Assembly: GCF_006345805.1 (NCBI RefSeq)
Contig: NC_043009.1
Location: forward strand, 43,338,001-43,402,000
From: Octopus sinensis
Lineage: Eukaryota
DNA length: 64,000 bases
Direction of reading: 5' to 3'
Part shown: in pieces, positions 54,655 through 64,000 of the stretch
How the letters are laid out: each line of letters opens with the position of its first letter
Position numbering within the stretch: position 1 is the stretch's first letter
Position numbers and translations under genes: made by a program
The notes under the pieces: generated by a model
Seen by the model: the letters and a program-made list of their open reading frames with translations, nothing else
Databases searched by the model: none
Told to the model about the DNA's origin: nothing

Positions 54655-55460
54655 TTGGTGTTGTAAAACACCCAACACCTTGAGGGTATTCATTTTTAAG
54701 TATGATATAATCTCTTAATTTTAATTTTACTAGCAGTCTATTTTTTGTATGTTGTTTATATTCTGAACCCAGCAGTCTTTGAGACATTCAAAATTCTTCA
54801 GAGGGTCCATGGTATAGCAAATGTATAGTTTTCTCTATTCACTGCTCTTTTGATTTTCAGTGAAATAGACAGTCTTAGTCCACCTTTGAACTCTGCATAT
54901 CTTTCATTAGATTCCTGAGGAGTGATTTCATCGTCACAAAAGAAATTGTTTCTCCTGGCCTATTTGCTTTATTTTATGTTAAATATTATTTCCTGTTATT
55001 TTCTTTCACTTTTTCCTTTTATATTTTCATCTGTAATTATTTCTTCCTCATCACACACTAAAATTATGGTTCTAGAAGTTTGGCACTGTTCAGTGATGCA
55101 GTATTTGCTCATTTATTTACGATACTTGGCCTAAAGGTATTTCATTTACCAATCTCATTGTTGGTGATGTTCTGATACTTGGAGTTTATTGTTATTTTCA
55201 TTGTTGCTGTTGATCATTATTGTTATTTTTACTTAATCTTCCCACTTCTTCAGAGCATTTAATACTAAGACATGTTTAACTCTAACAAATATATAATATT
55301 TTCTTCCTCTTTTTCCTGTTCTATTTTCAGCTCTAATTATTCCTTCCTCATCAAACCACTAAATTGTGGATTTTTTTTTAGTTTGATACTGTTTAGTTAC
55401 AACAATTATGCATTCTACCCTGTATCATTAATTTAGTGCTCTTTGTCTAAGCACCTTCTA
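54655..55460 (-). mobile_element. Family G fragment with an internal ~300 bp direct repeat
   Basis: Homology to 24620-24770; attattYcttcctcatca repeated at ~55037 and ~55337. Confidence 0.55.
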
Positions 55461-55719
55461 TTAGATATAACTTTGGTCTTGTGGCCTTCAGGGATCATTA
55501 AACCTAGCAAATCCATTTTGATGTCACCTGACGACATGTCACCTTCCATTAACCCTGCATTGACCACACATCTTGGGTACATTTAGCCAAAGGTCAACAT
55601 AATGCCCAATGTCTTCTATTGTGAGTCTTGTGTTTCTTTAACCCCTGTTAGGTTTGTCCACATAACTTTGTAAGGAGCATAGGACCAGTTTCCCAGTTTC
55701 TTGGCATATATATTCTTCC

Positions 55720-55890
55720 CTGGATGGGATGCTGGTCCATTGAAGGGTTACTCATTTTTCCCAGCTATGGAGCAACATAGGATGAAGTGTTTTCCTCAAT
55801 AACACAATCCATGGCACAGTCCTGGAATCAAAATCACAACCTTACACTCATGAGTCCAACACCCTAACCACCAAGCCATGCACCTCCACT
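55720..55890 (-). mobile_element. tRNA-derived SINE family E
   Basis: A-box-like tggcttggtggttag; body matches 58242-58382. Confidence 0.7.
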
Positions 55891-56789
55891 TTAATCCATG
55901 TACTGCAGTGCAAGTGTATAGTCAGAGGCATGTCTGAGAACTCCGCTCAGTGCTTTGGCTGCATATTCAGTTCTGAAGACACAAGAGATAGTACCATAAC
56001 TTTGCCTTTTTCAATTGAAATAGTTAGGAGCGCTTGCTGTACAACACAAGGAGAAATTTAATTTGTTTCTATGACTGCGTAATCATTTAATATTTAATTG
56101 TTTTAGCCATTGGACTGCGACCATGCTGGAGCACTGCCTTGCAAAGTTTTGGTTGAATACATTCACTCCAGTACTCATTTTCAAGTCTGGTTTTTATTCT
56201 ATTGGTCTTTTGTGCCAAATCGCTAAGTTGCGGGTGTATAGACAAACCAAATCCAGCTGTCAATCAATGGAAGGAGACAAACACAGATACAAAGGCACAC
56301 ACACACACACCACACACACACATCATCATCATCATTTTTTAACATTTGTCTTCCATGGGTTGGACGGTTTGACCAGAGCTGAGGAACTGCACCAGGCTCC
56401 AGTCTAATTCAGCTTGATTTCTATAGCTTAATGCCTTTCCTAATATCAACCACTTTGCTGTGTGTGCTGGATGCTTTAATGTGGCATGAGGATTCTAGCA
56501 GGCCATCACGTATATATATATATATATGTATATAGTCTCTCTTTATTTTCTCTGCTTGTTTCTTTCTGTGCTCCTTTCTGTGAAAGAGCATAGGCTCAAA
56601 ATGTTAAAGACTTTTTGACTTCCTAAGCATTATCTTATACATCTGTTTGTTATCTACACCACCTGTCTTCATCATTTGCTTTTTTGTGAATTCTCCCGAT
56701 ATATATATATGATGGGTTTCCACACAGTCTCCATCTACCAAATTTACTTCCAAGACATTGGTTTTCCTGAAGCTAAAGAAGAATACACC

Positions 56790-57030
56790 CTCTAAGGTGG
56801 CGAGCTGGCAGAAACGTTAGCATGCCAGGTGAAATGCTTAGCAGTATTTTGTCTGCTGTTACGTTGAGTTCAAATTCCACCGAGGTCAACTTTGCCTTTC
56901 ATGCTTTTGGGGTCAGTAAATTAAGTACCAGTTACGCACAGGAGTCAATATAATCGATTTAATCCCTTTGTCTGTCCTTGTTTGTCCCCTCTATGTTTAG
57001 CCCTTGTGAGCAATAAAGAAATACAGAAAT
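56790..57030 (+). mobile_element. SINE family A1 nested in a family B copy, 14 bp TSD
   Basis: TSD aagaagaatacacc at 56776-56789 and 57031-57044; family B sequence continues on both sides. Confidence 0.9.
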
Positions 57031-57713
57031 AAGAAGAATACACCTGCCCAAGGTTCTGCACAATGGGACACGACCTGAAACCACATGGTTGCAAAGCAAG
57101 CATTTTTTTTCAAGCACACAGCCATTCCTCTGGCTATAGCAAACATATATAATCTTGATATTTCTAATTAAAACCCAAGCAGGTGCTGCTCTAGCATGGG
57201 CTCAGTCCAATGACTGAAACCAGCAAAAGACCAAGAAAATATAAGAGACAACATATATGTATTTCTTTCTCATTACCATTTTATTTTATTGCATTTTATT
57301 TTAATTTTTTATGTTTTTTTTTTCATATTTTTATCTCTATTATCGTAATAACGATGTTTTCTGAAAGTCATTCATATATTATATATTTTTTGGCTATTTT
57401 AAGTAAATTTCCACAAATTCAATGTTGCTTTTCTTGTTTTTCTTTTAAACATCAATGTTCTGGAAGATAGCTTATGTTATGAACATTACCTTTCCATTGT
57501 CTAATACGCTGCCAGATTATACATATATATATATATATATAATATATATATACATACATACAAACAGACACACAACATATACACACACACACACTCACTC
57601 GCACAAATATGTATGTGTGTCTCTGAGTAATAAAAACGGATGAATGGTTTATCTGGAATTGCTGCAATTAGCAGATATATATGTACATATATATGTGTAT
57701 GTATGCATATCTA

Positions 57714-57816
<103 letters not shown>

Positions 57817-57959
57817 TTATATAAATGCATGTATATATGTTTACGTGTGTGTGTATGTGTGTAAAAGCTTCAGTGAGCATTAATCTAATATAATCGCAGT
57901 GTATGTCTAATTGACTTTGTTGCTTTTTCCTGTTATTTGTCCCAATGCATTTGCCTATA

Positions 57960-58230
57960 CACACACACACACATATACATACATGCATACATACATACAT
58001 ACATACGTACATACATACATACATACATACATACGTACATACATACGTACATACATACATACATACATTCATTCATACATACATACATACATAAATACAT
58101 ACATACATACATGCATACATACATGCATACATACATACATACATACATACATACATACATACATACATACATACATACATACATACATACATACATACAT
58201 ACATACATACATGCATGCATACATGTGTAT
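57960..58230. repeat. (CATA)n array
   Basis: Direct inspection. Confidence 0.95.
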
Positions 58231-58241
58231 ATGATGTATGT

Positions 58242-58382
58242 GGGAGCAGGTGGCTTAGTGGTTTGGGTGTTGCACTCATGACTGCAAGATGTGGTTTCGA
58301 TTCCTGAATGGGGTGATGAATTGCATCTTTGAGCAAAAACAGTCCATTTCATGTTGCTCCAGTCCACTCAGCTGGTAAAAGT
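58242..58382 (+). mobile_element. tRNA-derived SINE family E
   Basis: gtggcttagtgg (A box), ggtttcgattcc (B box), then ctttgagcaa...gttgctccagtccactcagctgg. Confidence 0.75.
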
Positions 58383-58554
58383 GCATTATCTCCATCCAGG
58401 GGAGGAATATATACATCTTTTTTTTTCTAAAATAGATCTATCTTCCAATTCTACAACCTATCTAACACACACACACACACACCACACACACACACACACA
58501 CGCATAAACACACATGCATAAACATAGAGCTAGCTGACAAGCTACCCATCTTTC

Positions 58555-58860
58555 ATCATCATCATCATCATCATTATCATCCTCATTTAACATCAGTCTT
58601 CCATTTTTGCAATGGCTTGGACAGTTTGTTAGGAGCTGGCAAGCCCAAGGACTGCACCGTTCTTTACTCTGTTTGGCAATGTTTTTATGGCTGGATGCCC
58701 TTCCTAATGTCAAGCACTCTACAGAGTGGCTTGGATGCTTTTCACATAGCACCAGCACCGGAAAGGTCTGCTTTGGCATGGTTTTTACAGCTAAATGCCC
58801 TTCCAAATGCCAACTAGTTTTCAGTGTGGACTGGATGCTTTTTGAATAGCACCACTACAG
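58555..58860 (-). mobile_element. Family C copy, degenerate, with partial internal duplication
   Basis: The tttttatggctggatgccc motif recurs as tttttacagctaaatgccc. Confidence 0.7.
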
Positions 58861-59257
58861 GTGGGGGTCACCAAGTAACATGTAAATCAAAGAACCCTTT
58901 CAAGGGGTGGTATTTTAGGAGGTGGTCTTGTGTCAGGTAATGAGAGGTTAGAGGGTGACCGAGGGACAGAAATAGGTGTCTTGTTGTAGAGGAGAAACAT
59001 GGTTACCCCAGCCAGAGGAAGAGAGCAAGAGAATATTCTTCTTACCTAACTATCTATCTACCAACCTGTTTATCTACTTATCGAGCTATCGCCCTCTCTC
59101 TCTCTATCTATCTATCTACCTGTCTACCTGTCTCTCTATCTATCTATCTATCTATCCATCTATCTATCTGTGTCTATCTATCAATCTCCCTATCTATCCA
59201 TGTATTTATCTATTTATCTATCATTTTAGCTAACTAACAATTTATCTATTTACCTAT

Positions 59258-59292
<35 letters not shown>

Positions 59293-59333
59293 GCTATTGG
59301 TCTGTCAGTGTGTCTATCTGTCTATTTATCTAT

Positions 59334-59375
<42 letters not shown>

Positions 59376-59465
59376 ATCTATCTATCTATCTATCTATCTC
59401 TGCCTACCTAACAAGCTATCTATTTATCTATTGGTCTGTATGTCTATCTATCTATCTATCTATCA

Positions 59466-59499
<34 letters not shown>

Positions 59500-59746
59500 T
59501 TTTTTCTTCCCTTTTACGATCCCTCTTGATCGAAAACCTACGCCACCCATTTCTTTTTTTTTTTTGTTTCTTTTGTTTTTTGTTTTTTTCATCCCCCAAA
59601 AGAAAAGCTCTACCTTGTAACTTGTCCCATCTGTGTGCAGCCCTGTGTGGCCAATAAAGAAACTTATCTATCTCTCTATCTATCTATCTATCTATCTATC
59701 TCTCTGCCTACCTAACAAGCTATCTATTTATCTATTGGTCCGTATG

Positions 59747-59830
<84 letters not shown>

Positions 59831-60117
59831 ATATTTATGTGTCAATTTACAGATTTTGGGAATATAAACCCTGAAACTTTGACTTGCTCCTTAAATTGAA
59901 TCTGATGACCAAACTCTCAGCACTGTAAGTAGGAAACTTTCTTTTATATTCTTAAAATATGAATATTGCATACATTGAATTTAAAGAAATACAAATATGA
60001 GCATTTTGTAGAAATTTGGCATGTGTACATATGTACATATATACACATATATGTCAATGTATCAATATACATATATATAAATGCTCATGTGTGTGTATAT
60101 ATATACTATATATATAT

Positions 60118-60181
<64 letters not shown>

Positions 60182-60823
60182 CATACATGCATATATATAC
60201 ATGCATATATATGTATATATATATATTATATATATATATATATACATCTGTACACCCATACACATGTATTGGAATAATTTGTTATTAAGCTGGTATTGTT
60301 AAAAGAACACATTTTTATGTAATAAATATAAACGTATCAATATATGACTACACACACACACATACACACATACACATATATATACATATATATATATATG
60401 TGTGTGTGTGTATGTATATATAAGCATATAGTCATTGGATAAATAGAACATAAATGCATAAAAAAAATATTGAATTCACATTTCTAAGACACTTTCAGGA
60501 ATTCTGATTGTTCAACATCCATTTGGTATTTCACTTTAAAAATTTCTATAAGTTGTTCTTTGTTTTTTAGTTGTTTTAAATGTTTTATTTGTTACTCTGA
60601 TATTTTTTATTTGTTTTTTTCTTTTCTTTTTTTTTGTCTTCTCATCATAGTGCTGTGATAACTATGTTTACATTGAATAAGTATATGCATATGTGCCTAT
60701 GTGTGTGCGTGTATGTGAGTGTACTTGTATGTATGCACATATATATATGTATGTATGTATGCACATATATATATGTATGTATGTATATATATATATATAT
60801 ATATGTATGTATATACATATGAG

Positions 60824-60887
<64 letters not shown>

Positions 60888-61639
60888 GTATATACATACA
60901 CACACATATGTATATGCATATATGTGTACATATATATATGTATATATATATATATGCTACTTCATAATGATCCTTATTATTACTATTATTATTATTGATA
61001 TATTTATATATATATACATACACACACATATGTATATGCATATATGTGTACATATATACATGTATATATGTATGTGTGTGCATGCGTGAGTGTGTGTGTA
61101 TGTGTGTATTTCTACATGTGTGTATGTGTTACATATATGCATATAATCTCCTTTTTTAATTTCGTTCATTCATTAAAACGGATAAATAAATAAGCAAGGA
61201 TTGGAGAAGGAGAGAGAGAAAGAGAGAGGGGGGGGAGAAAGAAATTGAAGGAGGGATGAGGAGTAGAGGGGAGAGAAATTCCTAAATACCACAAAACTCC
61301 TGACTCACAAGTACCACAAACACTACTAAACACACACACACACACACATAATCACACGTGCACACACAGATGTTTACTCACATATATATACAAACGCACA
61401 TACACATCCATATGCACACACACACATATGCATACACACACACACACACAACACACACACATCTCTGTTAGGATGATGGATTAAAAACAATTTCAAAAAG
61501 AGTCATGACAATAGCAATGACAATTCCTCAGAAGTAAAGACAAGGGAGAGGTTTTGAGAAAAGGCCTCCAACCCTGCCCCAAAAATGCACAACTAAATAA
61601 ATATTATAAAACAAGGAATTTCTTGTGAATGCCTTTAAC

Positions 61640-61684
<45 letters not shown>

Positions 61685-62543
61685 TTCTCTCTCCTTTTAT
61701 TTATATATCTGTTGTTTTCTCTCCCTCTTAAATCAAAATTATTTCCCTGTGTTTGATGACAACTTTCTCAGAATTATTACTTATTGATCTGCTGGGGGGC
61801 GGAGGAGAACGAAGGGGAGAGCTGGGAGGGGAAACTGTTGCTCATGATATTGCAATCAGAATGGTTATGTGTACGTGTATGTGTATGTGTGTGATGTGGT
61901 GTATGCATGTGTGTATAGGAGTGTGCGTGTGTGTCAGTGCATGAACGTATGTGTTGGAGTATGTGAATGTATATGTGTGTGAGAAAAATGCATGTCTGCG
62001 AGGGGTGCATATGAGTATTTATCAATATCATTTAATTCTTTTAATTATTATTCTTGCATTTATCCATTATTGTTATTGCCATTATTACTGTTAGCATTTT
62101 CTCCAGGAATTTTAACATTTAGTCCTACTTTCATTACTGTTATAATTATTTGTATTATTTTCACTGGTTTGAGATTGCAAATCCTTCCTCCATCTCATAC
62201 CTGTATTTTCAGCATATATATATATATATATAGGTCATGGAAACCCTCATTTACTAGTCTTCTCTGAAGAGACAAGAGTTGAAACGCATGGCTATGTTGT
62301 AAGATGACAATAAGCACCATTTTCTCTGTCAGTGTTTTTGATATTGCATTCTATATAATTGTGAATTACTACAACAACCTAATAGCAATATACACAGACT
62401 TATGAGTATGCATGCGTATGAGTGTGTGTGTGTGTGTGTGTGTATCAGTGTGTGTGTGTGTGTGTGTGTGACTACATCATTTTATGTATTTTTGTTATAA
62501 AAGAAAATATTTTTGTGTGATTATTTTCAAGTCAATTAAAAGT

Positions 62544-62630
62544 TTGTCAAAGGTCAGAGTTTGCAAATGTTTTATTGGGTCAAAGGTTAGAGTTTGTGGG
62601 AGTTTTACTGGGGTAAAGGTGAGTCTGTGG
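62544..62630 (+). promoter_or_regulatory. 33 bp tandem repeat x3, each unit with a DR1-like nuclear receptor motif
   Basis: TTGTCA-A-AGGTCA (62544), GGGTCA-A-AGGTTA (62577), GGGGTA-A-AGGTGA (62610). Confidence 0.35.
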
Positions 62631-62943
62631 AACTTTTCCAATTCACAATTCATAGTTCAAATCATCTTTGAGTAAACCTGATAGCATTCATTAAACTGTC
62701 TAATTCCTCACTATTTTGTCTCTCTCTTTCTTTCTCTCTCTCTCACTCTCTCTCTCTCCCTCTGCCCTTCACTTGCTCTTTTTCTTCTTTTGTCTTACTC
62801 TCTCTTTCTCTACGAGTATGTGCACACATGCATAAATGCATCTGTCTATCTCATCTGTTCCTGCTCTTTCTCTTCATACACACACACATATATATTTACA
62901 TATAAACACATATGTAAATACATACTCATACTTATATACTTAC

Positions 62944-62979
<36 letters not shown>

Positions 62980-63067
62980 TCCAGTTGGTGCTATTAAATT
63001 AGACATGGCCTGGGCCAACTTCACCCAAAACTTATCTAAGTAATCTAAGTAAGATATATATATATAT

Positions 63068-63360
63068 AACAATTGCTGCGTGGAAAGTGTTTATAAGCCA
63101 TTTAAGAAACACACAAAACCGTTAGATTCACTTCAAAATTTAAGTTTAATTTGTCTAAATATTTTCGTCGCTTTGAGACCGCGACCTGTTCCCTGACAAG
63201 ATGCAGCACGATGTTTTGTCAATGAACAGGTCGCGGTTTTGTGTGAATCTAACGGTTTTGTGTGTTTCTTAAATAGCTTATAAACACCTTCCACGCTGCA
63301 ATTGTTTTTGTTCCAACACACGATCTCAGATCAAGTCACTCGCTATGCAAGTACATCTCC
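63068..63360. mobile_element. Palindromic element, copy 2, opposite orientation
   Basis: Same arms as the 45043 copy, with a longer central spacer and a deletion in the right arm. Confidence 0.85.
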
Positions 63361-63374
63361 GTAATATATATATA

Positions 63375-63680
63375 TCACGTAATCACATGACCGACCAGAC
63401 TATCAGATGTTGTTGCACATCGCTGGTCACAATGCGTTTGCATTGTTTTAGCCTTTGAATGACACCACCCTGCTGGCTAAGTGAGCAGGCCAACAGAAGA
63501 AAGATTGGGAGAAAGAGTAGTGAAAGAGTACAGCAGGGATCACCAGCCCCTGCCGGAGCGTCGTGGTGGTTTTAGATGTTTTCGCTCAATAAACACTCAC
63601 AACGCCCAGTCTGGGAATCGAAACCGCGATCCTACGACCGCGAATCCGCTGCCATAACCACTGGACCATTGCGCCTCCAC
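63375..63680 (-). mobile_element. tRNA-derived SINE family D
   Basis: Minus strand starts gtggaggcgcaatggtccagtgg (A box) ... ggtttcgattccc (B box); CpG-rich, so probably young; flanked by TA repeats. Confidence 0.8.
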
Positions 63681-64000
63681 ATATATATATATATATACTT
63701 TATTTAAAAGCAGCAGAAATATAACAAAAGTTGTTACTCAGAGTTTCATGTTCCTGTTTGTCGGACAGTTTAAAACAGAACAGAAAATAGAACGATTTGA
63801 TCAAAACTAGTTAAAGGATACACTTTTGAAAAGGGATTTGTTTCATTGGTCCTTTCAATTAACATATATATGTGTATTTATGCTAATATACACTTTTTGT
63901 ATACACATGTATGCGTAATTTTATATTGTGTACATTCATTACACATATTCAGCCACCTATCTTTCTTTCTTTCTTTTCCTTTCCTTATGGAAAGTACTTT

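Noticed and set aside
59380-59760. Duplicated interrupted (TCTA)n block
   Set aside because: Real but ordinary local duplication within a satellite tract; no further structure.
63600-63680. tRNA gene
   Set aside because: A and B boxes are present, but they continue into a SINE body with no acceptor stem; treated as a SINE head.

Overview
AT-rich eukaryotic non-coding DNA, very dense in microsatellites and SINEs. The repeat landscape suggests an octopod cephalopod intron or intergenic region (inference). No intact host gene is supported. Nearly all ORF-track entries are translations of simple repeats. Recognisable coding relics are all decayed transposable elements: a Ty3/Gypsy gag with PBS and LTR at the left edge, six R4/Dong-type non-LTR fragments, two RTE 3' ends and three Tc1/mariner-superfamily fossils (DD34D mariner, DD37D maT, one deletion derivative). 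Non-coding elements include dozens of SINE copies from about five families (labelled A-E here), a pogo/Tigger-like MITE, an hAT-terminus tandem repeat and a Helentron-like HINE. Highlights: (1) a palindromic element whose arm folds as a minimal type I hammerhead-like motif with a G3:C8 swapped core; (2) a ~560 bp non-coding element found only inside (AAT)n arrays, with the same strand polarity as the R4/Dong fragments; (3) SINE (ATT)n tails apparently acting as landing sites for these elements; (4) a micro-inversion that restores DD34D spacing when reversed; (5) a near-perfect inverted duplication; (6) a SINE-free, CpG-richer island with splice-like signals. Many coordinates are approximate (within about 10-20 bp) because they were read by eye.
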